Source: Oculina patagonica (lineage: Eukaryota). Taken from it: 64,000 bases of DNA. The stretch lies in contig NC_135767.1 of the NCBI RefSeq assembly GCF_052425735.1, positions 4,836,001 to 4,900,000 of the forward strand, written 5' to 3'. Below the pieces are notes generated by a model that had not been told where the DNA came from, did not search any database, and saw only the letters and a program-made list of their open reading frames with translations. Within the stretch, counting starts at the first letter, position 1, and each line of letters begins with the position of its first letter. Of the stretch, positions 38,701 to 51,690 are shown piece after piece. The position numbers were made by a program, and so were the translations under genes.

Positions 38701-41700
38701 CTTGCGGGAAATGAAAAAAAAAAAAGATAAAGTGCCTTTCAGAAGTGGTAGAAAAGTGTACCATTTAGTAATACGTGAGTTTATTTTGCTCCCTAAGAGA
38801 AAATAACTCGTTTCTTAACAGAGCATTTGTCACAGTCGTACAACATATTATAAAAAAACGCTAATTACAATAACAATTGTAAAAATTTTAAGGATCAACT
38901 AAAATTTTGTCACAAAGAACTATTTACATTGAATGGCCCTGTCATTCGTTTTTGTCCAATTGCTCTTAGCATTCAATTTAAGTTTTCCAAAAAAAAAAAA
39001 TGAAGTAGACATAAATAAATTGTGATTTCCTGAGAGTGGACTTCCTTATATAAAGCATTACAGATTTTAAGCTCAGGCATAAAAAAAGTCGCTCCTTTTG
39101 GGCGATATTTGCTATATCAGTGTTGAAATAAAAATATTTAATCTACCAAATAAACTGCGAGCCATTTTTTTCAATACAATAATTTTGTTTCGTTCATTTT
39201 AACAATGACTCGATCGGATTTGATCGCGCTTAGATTTTATAACAAACCATTTGCTTTAAACAATTTTTGTCCACCGTTACATGCTTACTCGAATTATAAT
39301 TCGACCACAAAAAAATGTACGGAAAATATCATGTTTTACAGGCCACTATGAGTTCAAATTGCTCATTCCACTGCTCAGACAGAATTGAGTAAAAGTCCAG
39401 AGGTTTAAGAATATCTTTGTACAGCAGCACAAACTCTTCATTGCTCAGTTTTTTCGCTGCTTCAGTGAGTCGAGGATCGTCTTTAAGTTTGTTGCGATCA
39501 ATAACAGGACACGGCGCGCTGCGAATACGGTCGCGAGGCTGTGGGACACTGAGCCTGTTGCTGGATGGGTCACTTGCTCGACGTCCGGGGTCACTGCGTT
39601 TGGTTAACTCTGGCTGCATTACTGTAAAGGATCTTGGTTTTCTTTCTTGGTTGTGGATTTCGGTTGTAGTAGCTTCCATGGCGGTAGCTGCCTTTGGCCG
39701 GTTTTGCCTGTTTCGCCTTTCGATTTCCTCAAATATCGAGGCAAAGTTCGGGAAATTGTCGATATCAATTACGACATTCATTACTGTTGCTCGATCCTAG
39801 TTTTTTCTTTGAAATTTTTTCGACAATTCTTCAATTGCACAGCGAGTAAAAAACACTTAAGTAAATTGGCACACTCTTTTTAAAAGTGAGTAACGCGAGA
39901 GAACGTTAGGTATTAAATCGAAATAAATAGTTTGAATAGAACAGTACGTAAACGAAAGATAAATTGCGTTTATAATTACGTTTGAACTACGCACGAAAAT
40001 CGAACACAAAGGCAAATTACGCAAATGAAAAAGAAAAAAAATGAAAATTGCGCCAATGAAAGATAACTTACGTATAAACAGGAAAACTGCTTACGAAAAT
40101 CAGTCCTAATAAATTCCATGAAAAGCAGCTGCGATTGAAAGAGTCGGATTTCCAATGCAAGCGTACTTCTGCCATATGACGTAACAGCCAGATAACAAGT
40201 ATTTTTTTTAGAAATGAATAGTTATAACAAAGTGTGAAGAGCAAATTTCGCGAATAAGAGATCAAATGCGTATAAACTACGAACGTAAATCAGTCCAAAT
40301 AAATTCCATAAAAAGCAGCGATTGAAAGACTCTGATTTCGAATGCAAGCGTATGACGTCAGAGCCAATGCCGTCATATGACGTCAGAGTCAGATTAATGA
40401 CGTAAGCTACGCGTGAAAAATTGTCCAAATAAATTCATAAAAAAATACAGCATCGATTGAAGGACACTGATTTCCAATGCAAGCATATTTTCATTTTGCT
40501 GTTTATCAAGGTAGCACCCTTTACAAAAGAAATATACCTTAATTTTCAAAGCAGAACCATGCAAACAAATAAATGTATCAAGCGGTAACATTCAAGTTAA
40601 GTGGGGTGGAGTTAGGCGGAAAGGAGATGAATGTTAGAAAGGCATCCTTTTCCCGACATTGTTTAAACATCTAGACATAGTTCTAATTACATTTGGTGCA
40701 TTCTGAAAGACTTGATACAGCTTTGAAACCATTTTCACGATAAACATTTACCCCGAAACACATCTGAGAACAAACAAACAACACAGAAAACTCCTCAACA
40801 TGAGAGACCATCAAGGTTAACACACGCCAACAGCGCAACCAACAACTACAAAAGCTCTGTAAAGCGGGGGAAAGTTGCCATTTCTCTTTTGGGACATTCT
40901 TATGCAGTGACGTAAAAAAAATCTTCATTCCAACCTTTAGAACCCTAGGTTGTGTTTTTTTTTTTTTTTTTTTTTTTTCTTGAAGTTAAAATGCTAAAGC
41001 AACTCTTATCATTCCAAATCTCTGGTCGGTCTTTTAGCTAGCGTTCAAAACAGGCTTTGTTTTTGGACTAACAGATTCAATATTTCTTTACAGGTTGGTA
41101 GTAATGTACTTAATACACATTTGCTAACGGGACGAATCATCAACCTGGGAATTTACTGCCGCGGCCGAAACGCAAATGCATCGCAAACTCGACGTGGCTG
41201 TTTGTTGTTTAAATTGGCAGGAAGCATCAAATGTAAGTAAAAAGGTCACGAGAGTTTTTATTGTTAATATAACAACAACCTAAAACAGTATTTCTGATAA
41301 GAAAAGACCTACTTTTGCATTTTAATAAAGCATTAACAGAGTCGAATGTTTCTCATTCATGGGCATTGATCGATCAAACTCCTCAAATGCAAGAGAAAAA
41401 ATAGGTTATTGTATATTCCATCTGTCAAGCACTAATCTTATACTTATCTTGTAAAGGAGGAAAAATTCTCCGGCATTGCGTTATTTCCAGTTGCAGAAGA
41501 CAGGTATTTTAGTCTGGAAGCAGCATTGACTCGAACAGATAAAAAAAAATGGAATACGCCATGTTGAGACAACGAAGATCAAACTAGACCCAGATTGTCT
41601 CCCTTTCATGTAAGATGCAATGACGTAATCTCTCACCGGAAGCTGGGAGACGATTGTGTCACAAGCTACATAAAACCATTTATTTTTCCCGCGTGAAACA

Positions 41701-44700
41701 AATCTCAATAGCTATGGACTTTTCTCTTAATTAGTACTGCATTGTTTAGTTTCCCAAATATACGGGACTTTTTTCGAGAAAAATTGCCAATGTCGGACCA
41801 GAGGTTCTGGAAAGAGGGTATCTGGGGCGAAGTAAAGAAAGATGGATGAAATGTAGTGTGTATGTGTTTTCAAAAAAGCATTTAAAAAGAAAAAAAAAGA
41901 TGGCCCTTATCTTGCTTACAAGTGAAGGAAGGGTTTTTTTCAGTGAAGGTGGGCTTTTTTTTGCTTAGATAGGGGAGCTGGGGAAGGGGAGATTTTCGGT
42001 CAGGTTATGTTCCGGTTGGACGCCTGGTCGAGAGAAAAATTCGTAGAATAATTTAAGCTAAAGATTTAGCTACGTAAAAAACAAAAGTTTTAAAGTCAAA
42101 CTGAAAGACGTCATACTAAAAAACAACAATCTTGCTTGAGTAGAGAAGTGAAACTGCTCAACCTTGTTACGTGTACATTGTTTCAGGTTCCATAACAAAG
42201 ATGGGATTGCCGGGGCCTACTCTCAGAAAACCAGATGTATTTTCTAAAGCAAAGGAAACAGCTTCATCGACACCAACAACATCCCCACCTTGGAATACGA
42301 AAATTAGCGTGAAACCCATTCAACCAAAAACCTCAGTCACTGTCGATCCATCAGCGACCTTCGGTAGTCCCACACCCATCGCCACAGTTACACAGCGGAA
42401 CGTCTTATCCCATGTAAGAAAGTAAACAGTGACATCATGAAAAGTCTACACAGCATGAAAATTGGGATTTATGTGAAATTAAGTTATGTTTTTATGCTGT
42501 GTATAAGTCAAGCTGCCGCATTTATGCCATAATTCTCTTACATATCAGATTATAATTATATATTAAATTACAATCAGTAAAAGTTGATGTTACGCGGAAA
42601 AAAGTAACAAAATTTGTGCCGCATGAATAAAACAGAGAACATGATTTTAAAGGAAGTAGACTAAACATAATTCATGTTAGATCTAGAAGCAATGATTTGG
42701 TTTCAATAAGGTTTTTAGAGCTAACGGCTTTCTTGAAAACCCGGGGGGGGAGACTTGCATATGAAAATGACAGGGATGCTCGTCGTCTCGCTTAGGGATG
42801 TAAATTTCGGATTTTTGGTCTCGCTTAAGGTGGATTTCCACTGTCGCGTTTTTGTTTACGCACGTTAACGCGCGTAAAAATTATAAACGTACGTAAAATG
42901 AAATTTTACGCGCGCGATTTACCCAATCATACTTTTGGATTTCGTCACATGACACCACTTACCATGTGGAAAACCATTTTGTTTTAAATCGCCCATCGAT
43001 TTACTTGGAAAAACATTCAGATGTAGAAACACTTCTCATCGAGAAAGTCTTAACATTTCAAGAAAGTAATCTATAGAACTGACTACAGAACCAAATTACA
43101 CGAACGCAGTAGTGAATGAAAACGCCTGGCGTCAGGTCACGTAGGCTTTGAACCGGGAATCCGGGAAGGTCGCCTCAAATCTTCTTTTACTTGATGGTGT
43201 CTTTCGGAAGTATTTATAAAATGCCTCTTGGTCATATTCACGCATTTCTTTTTCTAGCGTGTGGTACAAAGTGTTTTCATGGCAGCCATGTTGGAAGAGT
43301 CAAACAACAAGATATTTGCATAAAAATGTTAATGATTTTTTCCCAAAGGAAAAACAATTTATTGTTTCACTCCTCCAATATGGCCGACAATCACGCACTC
43401 TATTCACCAACTTGATAATTCAGTATGGCGGGCATTTACGCACGTTCAACGCGCGTAAAAAGGAAACGCTTTTTATTACTTTTTACGCGACAGTGGAAAT
43501 TTGCCTACGTATCTTTTTTTACGCACGTTTTACGTACGTAAATATTTACGCGTCAGTGGAAATCCACCTTTAGGTGTTCCAGGCAAAACGCCAATACTTT
43601 TAGCCATAATGGTCTCGTTAAGGGTTACACACGAAGAAATTTACAAATATAAATTCTATTCTTAGTTTTTTTGGTATCTTTTAGGGGTTCTTTTCAAAAT
43701 TTCCGAAAAAAAAAGAGCATCCCCGTCCGTTTCATATAGGTGTCCCCCCGGGCTTGAAAACCATAACTTGTGACTGATTTTTTCCAATTTAAAATAGCGT
43801 GGCATGCGCAAGTTGTAACTCTCATTCAAGAAAGAATAATGGGCGCGGCGGAAACTGGCCACTCCACGTTTCAGATCTTAATTTTGCGTCTCATGCGCTT
43901 TGGGGCTATTATGCATCAAAATAATACAACTTTAAATTTAAAGTGAACATCACAATTAAACCTGTTCACTGAAGAGAAAAAAAACTGAATTGACCGAAGG
44001 GGCTACTAAAAAGCTGCTAACACCCTTTTGATTTGTGCAATGTGTATCGTGCACGCGCGAAACAAAGCGTCGACTACTCGTGCGTGACAATAAGCATCAA
44101 ATTATTCTTGTCTTATTTCCAGGCCCCTAGTTCCCGCCCCAGGACGGATGACAGTGAGCGAAGTACTGATGACGCCACTCCTGTTTCTCTGTGGCTCGTG
44201 GCGGCCGTGACAGTTTCTACGCTGATCATTGTGCTCATTATAGTTGTTTTCGTCATTTCCCGACGCAGTAGTCAAAGGTGAATATGCTAGGATTTCATAG
44301 TCGGAGATTACACTGCGGTCTCTTACTTTCACATGTGTCTAATTGGCTCTATCGTTTATGTATCGGCTATTTGCTGATATTTGGAAGACGCGGTGGCCTA
44401 ATGGTTAGCGCGCTGGACTCCGGATTGAGCAGTCCGGGTTCGTGGCCTGGCCGGGGTCATCGTGTTGCGTTCTTGGGCAAGGCACTTTACTCCCATAGTG
44501 TCCCTCTCCACCCAGGTGTATAAATGGGCCCGGTTAATTCAATGCTGGTGGGTAACCCTGCGATCGACTAGCATCCCATCCAGCGGGGAGTAGAAATACT
44601 CCTAGGCGCTTAATGCTATCGAAACCAGGATAAGCTCCAGTTGTATCAGCCACTTGGCTCAACGCAGACTTTACCACTTACGTACCATTCGCTGATATAG

Positions 44701-47654
44701 GCCACGATCGCGCGCACTTTGTTCTTTGATGAAAAAATTATACTTTCTTTTTGGCTTAAAAAATAACGAAAATTATGGATTTAAATTGCTATCTTTATAG
44801 TGTGTTCTAAATTTATTTTAATGACCGTCCTCTCTTTGTATAAGCAATAGTGAACTACACGGTCACTATTTTTCTTTCGTCCAATTAAAATAGCCAGTTC
44901 TCCGATCCCTTAGTCTTTAAGTTCGTCTTACGCAGGTTCATTGTTGCCCTGGTGCGCTAAACATTGGCTTAACCAACAAAACTTACCTTAGAAATTGAAA
45001 ACTAACAGTAAATTAGGTATTTTGCTGTTGGCTATTAAGTATGTCAAATGGTTTAATAAACAAGGGATTTTTAAAAATGTATTGTTTTCAGAAAGAACGT
45101 TCAAGCAGTTATGGTTACCAGAAGCCAAGAAAGACAGGTAATGCAATTACTGTCATTAAAGGGGCTAGGTCAAGGTATTTTAGGTAATTCTATTTATTTT
45201 CGTTAATTTAAAGCTCTTAACTTTAAATCGGCAGAACAAAAATCTTTTTTTTTTTTGGCAAAATCACGGCCACAACAAACAAGGATGATTTTCGTGCATT
45301 GTAAATGACACTTGATAAAAATTGAGATAAACTTGAAAAAAGCCGGACCGACGTTTTTAAGTTTACCCGAACGCAATCCGTTTTAATTTCCTCTAATTTT
45401 GCCTATCCACGCCTCTTTTTGGCCTTTCTTTTTTTAAGTACTTCTACAGTTTTAAGCCGTTATTGTGATATTTTTTGTTAATTCTTTGACCTGGTCAGTT
45501 CCGAAATTGCCTTAAATGGCGTGACATTTGACCCCTATATTCAAGACGTTATTGTATGCAAAATAATACAGTTTTTGTGAACAGCATGGCGGATGATAGC
45601 ACCAAATTTTCTTTTGCTCGAGAATCCAACAGGAAAATATTTTTTACAATTCTTATAACAATTTCCCGAAAAAGTTGCAGTTCAAAACACGCACGCATTA
45701 CAGACCTATGTCCAGTTCTGATCTTGTTTAAATTTGTTTTGCTCTATGTATACCTTTTACACCTTAGGATATTTAACACTAACTACGTACTCTTGCTACG
45801 TAGGAATCCGAAGGAAACGTAGCCCATAGTATTTCTATAAAAATAATAACGTTGAAATTTTGTCCCTGCCCTATCTTTGCGAGGTATAATAATAAGCGTG
45901 GATAATAAAATGTATTACATATATCTTTTTTAACCCTAGCTATTCATCCATCTGTCTTTCAGGGTCCATCTGTACTGATGAATCCACAGATAAACTCAGG
46001 ATTCCAGTCAGATGAAGAGAATGGTTACTTTGCTCTCAATTTCAGAGAACCAGGTAAATATTCATGATATATCATATTTTTCTAATTCTACGCTAAGCCA
46101 CTCAATCTTTACTGGATATTGGCTCTTAGGGCGCTTTTAAATTAAGTGTCGAAAGTACTGATCGGAAATTAAACTGGTTTTGCTTTACTGTGTTTTGTGA
46201 TTGGCTTAAAAACATTGCGTCACTTCCTCAACCTATCAGAAGTAGACGCTTCGCGTCAGCTTCATGCCGTTCACTTCGAATTTTGATTGGTTCCGTGAAT
46301 TGTCTTAGTCCTTTTTTGATTGGCCAGAGTGGTCATTAGTAGCTGAAGTATGCCCCTTACAGCCTTGTGGAAAAAGGAGGAAAGAGAGAAGAGCTGGGGA
46401 TTAAGAACTGATCTAGAGCAAACAATCTTGAAGTGAAAGATTCTTAGTCACTACAACTTTATTAACGTTTGTTCTCCTACTTCCAGCTTCTTCCTTTAAA
46501 CCTCCCACAGAGATAAATTGTTTGACTAAAAATAACACGCATATCTCAAGCTACGATGGCCAAAGAAAAAGAGTATTTACAATTAATTGCTTGATTTTTT
46601 CGTCTTTATAGCTGTTTATGCATCAATGTATCAATTACCAACGGTCGACAGGAGAACATCATTCAACGAGATGAGCAATCCCTTGGGACAAGATGACGCT
46701 ATCAATGAAATCCCTCAGGGACATAGCACGTTTGGCGTCAAAAAAACTTCCGCGCTACCCCCTGTCCCAAAGAAAATGGCACAGCTTCCTGATAACGCAA
46801 CGAGGTTCCAAAATTATGACACTATTAGTATTGAACAACTTGTGTACAATATCGTTGAGGAGATATTATCTGGGGGCTATGAACGACCTGTCAATGTCAA
46901 TAACGCTCCAAAGGAAACTGAGCCAGAGTACAATGTTTTAGAGGAACCTTATCGTGAGACATCAGAGGAGCCTCATCAACATGATCTCCCCGCTGATGAC
47001 CTCACACCTGACGGGCCAGAGTACAATGTTTTAGAGGAACCTTATCGTGAGACATCAGAGGAGCCTCATCAACATGATCTCCCCGCTGATGACCTCACAC
47101 CTGACGGGCCAGAGTACAATGTTTTAGAGGAACCTTATCGTCAGACATCAGAGGAGCCTCATCAACATGATCTCCCCGCTGATGACCTCACACCTGACGG
47201 GCCAGAGTACAATGTTTTAGAGGAACCTTATCGTGAGACATCAGAGGAGCCTCATCAACATGATCTCCCCGCTGTTGACCTCACACCTGACGGGCCAGAG
47301 TACAATGTTTTAGAGGAACCTTATCGTGAGACATCAGAGAAGCCCGATCAACATGATGACGACCCCGCTGATGACGTCACACCTGACGGGCCAGAGTATA
47401 ATGTTTTAGAGGAACCTTATCGGGAGACATCAGAGGAGCCCCATCAATATGATGACGTCCCCGCTGATGACGTCACACCTGACGGGCCAGAGTACAATGT
47501 TTTAGAGGAACCTTATCGTGAGACATCAGAGGAGCCCCATCAATATTATGACGTCCCCGCTGATGACGTCACTTCTGATGGACCAAGTTACAGCACACTG
47601 GAAGAGCTTTTAGATAGTTTCATATCACCGATTGTTAAAGACTTCGATGGATAA
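35752..47654 (+). CDS. Receptor paralog D (divergent), 8 exons, about 765 aa, with seven 31-32 aa Tyr repeats
   Basis: Exons 35752-36106, 37506-37747, 41094-41232 (GRIINLGIYC...CLLFKLAGS, versus GRVINLGISC...CLLFKLEGS in B/C), 42187-42413 (T/P stalk), 44123-44277 (TM), 45092-45137, 45963-46053 and 46612-47654. Same intron phases as B; open 2298-nt frame. Confidence 0.85.
37040..37383. mobile_element. TTAA-flanked MITE (Kolobok-like)
   Basis: TIR AGATGATTTCCAGTCCGTACTGCGCA with TTAA on both sides. Confidence 0.78.
38111..38280. mobile_element. Short palindromic MITE
   Basis: ~65-bp inverted arms TAATAGGCCA...CAAAAGA / TCTTTTG...TGGCCTATTA. Confidence 0.7.
39329..39781 (-). CDS. Intronless 150-aa protein of unknown function, nested antisense in intron 2 of gene D
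   Basis: ATG-to-stop ORF with higher GC than the surrounding intron and protein-like composition (RRAS, RIRS basophilic kinase-type sites). On the same strand: TATAAA at 39969-39974, ATTTATTTAT at 39011-39020 and AATAAA at 38780-38785. Confidence 0.65.
   Translation of the reverse strand: MNVVIDIDNFPNFASIFEEIERRNRQNRPKAATAMEATTTEIHNQERKPRSFTVMQPELTKRSDPGRRASDPSSNRLSVPQPRDRIRSAPCPVIDRNKLKDDPRLTEAAKKLSNEEFVLLYKDILKPLDFYSILSEQWNEQFELIVACKT
39969..40490 (-). promoter_or_regulatory. Putative promoter of the nested gene with a CRE/ATF cluster
   Basis: TGACGTCA at 40353-40360 and 40378-40385; TGACGTAA at 40177-40184 and 40398-40405; C/EBP-like TTACGCAA at 40017-40024; TATA box at 39969-39974; a ~70-bp module present three times. 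Confidence 0.55.
42740..43752. mobile_element. hAT-like MITE with a nested Harbinger-like MITE (42828-43569)
   Basis: Outer element: CCCGGGGGG ends, CTTGAAAA duplicated. Inner element: TIR AGGTGGATTTCCACTG, TTA duplication. A partial copy of the outer family lies at ~6490-6772. Confidence 0.72.
44384..44676 (+). mobile_element. tRNA-derived SINE (second family)
   Basis: tRNA-like head GGTGGCCTAATGGTTAGCGCGCTGGACTC...GGTTCG, conserved TTGGGCAAG...CCACCCAGGTGTATAAATGGG body; aligns with 53474-53770. Confidence 0.8.
46920..47580 (+). repeat. Coding minisatellite, seven 93-96 bp units
   Basis: Unit GPEYNVLEEPYRETSEEPHQHDLPADDLTPD; four near-identical 93-bp units followed by three 96-bp units. 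Confidence 0.95.
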
Positions 47655-48119
47655 AGAAACTTTTTTATGGAGCGTTTGAAGGATCTGTTGCGATATGGTC
47701 CTAAGTATAAATATTGCTTACATGCAGTGGAACCCCGTTTATACTGACACTAAGGGGACATGCCAAAGTGTGGGGGGGTCGTATTAACGGGGTGTCCGTA
47801 TTAAGCGGGCTCTCAGACAAAGAGTCACAGACACATGCTTTATGGACACGAATACTGGGCCAGACATTTTTACGGCAACAAAACGTTATTTAATTGTACT
47901 GTAAATGTTACTAGTTTAAACCATGGAAACCTTATGGTCTTTAATCATAATCTCTGAATAAAACTAATTTTATAGTACTGCTCTTGAAATCTATAAACCT
48001 GGCGTTTAATCGAGGAAATAAGGTAACTGGGCTTTTTTGCACTGATTGGGCTTACATGAATCTTATACATTGTCTAAATTTCAGCGCAATCTTTTTAATA
48101 ATGCCTTCCCTATATTTTG

Positions 48120-51100
48120 ACCATACAAAGATCTGCTTGCCCAATGTCACCAAGAGAACACGAGGACTATCATAAGAAGGAGACGTTGGAGCTGGGTAGG
48201 ACATGTGCTTAGGATGGAAGGGAAAGCTATTCCAAAAACAGCAGTTCATTGGACTTACTTACTTACTTACTGCCCATCATGCCTGTGTGGCACATAGGGC
48301 AGCAACGAAGTTTCTCCAACCCTGCCTATCTTTAGCCAGTTTTTCAATGGTGCTCCAGCTGTAATTGAGCTCCCTTAACTCCGTTTCTACCGTTCTGCGC
48401 CATGTTGTTTTTGGGCGCCCTCTTTTGCGTTTGCCTTCAGGTGTCCAGCGCATTGCAGTCTTGGCTATGTTGTTGTTGTCCTTTCGAAGCACATGTCCAA
48501 TCCATCTCCATCTTCTCCTGGTGACAATCGTGCGAATATCCTCCTGCTTGGTTTGCTTCAGGAGCTGGTCGTTGGAGATTTTCTGTGGCCAGAAAATTCT
48601 CCAGGATCTTCCGGAGGCTAGTTGTGTGGAAGGACGCTAGTTTCGACAGGTCATGTTCAGTCATTCGCCAGCATTCGCAGCCGTAAAGAAGGGTTGACAA
48701 CACACAGCTCTGGTAGATCCTAAGCTTTGTCTTTGTGCTATAACTTGCCGATCTCCACACTGGTCGTAAGCTCATAAAGGCGCCCCTTGCTTTGTTTAGC
48801 CTGTTTTGTATGTCCACACCAGTACCGCCGTCCTGGCAAAGCATACTTCCAAGGTATGTGAACTTGTCGGTGTAAGAAATATCCTGTCCTGCTACCCTGA
48901 TCTTTGATGGGGAGGAGACATTCACACACATAGCTTCGGTCTTCTTCAAGCTTATCTTCAGGCCAACCTGGGCACTGAACATGCTGAGCCGGTCGGTCTT
49001 TTCTTGAATGTGCTGACGAGTGTGTGACAACAAGGCTATATCGTCCGCAAAGTCAAGGTCCTCGAGTGTAAAGAAAGGGGTCCATCGTATGCCTCTACGC
49101 TGATCTTCCATAGTGCGACGAAGGACCCAGTCGATAGCAATGTTGAATAGCACGGATGACATGACACAACCCTGGCGTACACCGGTTTTGATTTCGAAGC
49201 TCAAATCCCCCTGACCAACACAGCATGTGAAGCTCGAGTAGAAGCATTTGATGATATTAACAATGCGTTGAGGAATGCCATACGCTCTCAATATTCGCCA
49301 AAGACTGTCCCTGTGAATGCTGTCAAACGCTTTCTCATAATCGATGAAATTCACATACAGCTGCCTGTTCCATTCAGAACATTGCTCAAGTATATTCCTT
49401 AGGGTAAAAATTTGATCCGCACATCTGCGCCCCTTGCGAAATCCAGCTTGTTCATTTCGCAGGACATCATCAACAGCTTTGGTAATACGCTGGATAATGA
49501 CTTTGCAGAAGATTTTACTTGGCACAGACAAAAGGGTAACTCCACGCCAGTTGTTGCAGTCACTTAGAGACCCTTTCTTTGGTATCTTAATTATTACTCC
49601 TGTACTCCAATCCAATGGTGTTTCTTCCTGTTCCCAGATCTTTGTAAATAAGGGGGTTAGGATGGTTGCAGCAAGCTCAGGGTCTGCTTTGAACAGTTCA
49701 GCATTTAAGTTGTCATTGCCGGGAGCAATGGAACATCAGTGTTAACATCAAGGTCGATTGTCGCTTCCTGGATATTTGGTACCACAGTTGGTGGTGGTCT
49801 GTTCAAAACCTCTTTAAAGTGCTCCATCCAGCGCAGTTCTTGCTCTCGCTCTGATGTCAACAAGGTGCCGTTCTTGTCCTTTACAAGTATGTTGGTTGTA
49901 TGACATTTGCCTCTGATGATCTTGGTAATCTTATACACTGTTCCTTGTTCGTTGCGTGCGGCTGCTTCCTCTGCCTGGGATGCAAGGTTTTCCATGTACC
50001 TCCGTTTATCTGCTCTTGCTCGACCCTTACCTTCCTTATTCGCTGCCCGGTACATCTCTTGATGCCTTTCTTTACGCCGTTGGGATTTTGAATCCATGAC
50101 TTTCCTTTTCAATCTCCGTCTGTTTTCTATTGCTTTCCAGGTGTCAGGTGACATCCATTCCTTCGGCTTTCGCTGTCTGTAGCCCAAACATGCCTTGCTG
50201 CTTTCGCTGTAAGCAGTCACAATGTTCTTCCAGTTCCTGTTCACCCCATCATCAATATTATCTTCCTTTTCGTCCATTCCCACAAGAGCCTCAAACCTGT
50301 TTCGCACCTCTAAGTTAAAGGATTTTCTTACATTCGGTTGTTTCAATCGTCCCACATCGAAACGGCTGCGCCCTTTGGCTGGGCGCCCTGCACTCTTTAA
50401 CTTCAGTTTGAGGCAGGCTGTCACAAGATGGTGGTCGCTACCAACGTCAGCCCCTCTCCTCACCTTGACATCCCGAAGGGATCTCCGCCATTTTCCATTG
50501 ATCAACAGATGATCAATTTGATTTCTATCCCTGCCATTTGGGGAGCACCACGTGATTTCATGGATTTCCCGGTGCGGGAAAAGGGTGCCTCCTATCACCA
50601 GGTCATTTGTTGTGCAAAACTCGACAAGCCTTTCTCCATTTTCATTGATGGTGCCACATCCATGCCTTCCCATCACCCTATCACTGCCTGAGTTATCAGC
50701 ACCAACTTTGGTATTCAGGTCTCCCATGATGATGATAAGATCTTGCATTGGTACTTGCTCAATTTCTGCCTGGAGCCTGAGATAGAAATTGTCCTTCAGA
50801 TCGTCTTCACTATCATTGGTCGGAGCGTAACATTGAATCAGGGTTATGTTGTTGTGTCTCCCTTTCAGTCTGGCCTTTATGATGCGACTATCAATAGGCT
50901 TCCATTCCATGAGCGATCTTTCTGCTCCTTTCCTCAGGATAATTGCCACACCCTCACGATGTTGTCTATCGTCTCGCCAAGAGTACAGGACCGTTTCACC
51001 CGACACTGTCTTCATTCTCCCTGTCCCCGTCCATCTACTTTCACTAACACCCAACACATGTAATCTACAACTTCTCATTTCTGCTGTGACCTGAGCAAGT

Positions 51101-51690
51101 TTTCCGGTTTCGTACATAGTACGTACGTTCCAAAAACCAAGCCTGGTCTTGGTTTTTGCACTCAGCACTTCCAACTTCATGCCAGTAGTTTCCTTCTGGC
51201 TTTCACCACTGGCAGTCATACCGTTTGGAGACCTTGGAAGGTCTGTGTGCAGGTTGGTGGTTATCTTCGTTGCTGTTTCCATGACAAGGAGTTTTTACGA
51301 GATGAGGTTGTTAACCTCAAGCTTAACCCCCATACCTGGAGGGCCGTGGGACTGACTTTAGTCTGGACCCTACTCCTTGACCTTTCCGGCTTGGGAGGCC
51401 CTACCAGGGGTGTAAACACCCCCGCCGGCATAGCTCTTGGAGTCATTGGGACGCACAAGCCACTCAGCCACGTCAAGGCAACAGTCCCAGTGAGTAGAGT
51501 TCATTGGACACCAGAAGGGAAAAGACAGAGAGGACGACCAAGAACAACTTGGAGGCGGACGATAGAAAGCGAACTTAAAACCCTTAACTACACCTGGGGA
51601 GACATCAAAAAGAAAGCTCGTGACAGGCATGTGTGGAGAAGCTTTGTCGCTGCCCTTAGCGCCAATGGCGTATAGGGCAGTAAGTAGTAT
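48120..51690 (+). mobile_element. Older RTE 3' fragment (~48120-48254 plus 51510-51690) split by the LINE insertion
   Basis: Rejoined flanks translate ...RRRRWSWVGHVLRMEGKAIPKTAVHW/TPEGKRQRGRPRTTWRRTIESELK...ALSANGV*, followed by a GTAAGTA tail. Confidence 0.85.
48255..51497 (-). mobile_element. RTE-clade LINE, near full length, frameshifted (APE endonuclease + RT)
   Basis: ORF 49705-51282 (WNVRT, QCYAPT, MGDLN, IDHLL, SDH), ORF 48437-49615 (NWRGVTLL, GVRQG, FADD) and C-terminal RGRPKTTW; (TAAG)n tail; 12-bp TSD AGTTCATTGGAC at 48243-48254 and 51498-51509. Confidence 0.95.

Noticed and set aside
46920-47580. CRISPR-like array
   Set aside because: Whole units repeat with no unique spacers; it is an in-frame coding minisatellite in a eukaryotic exon.
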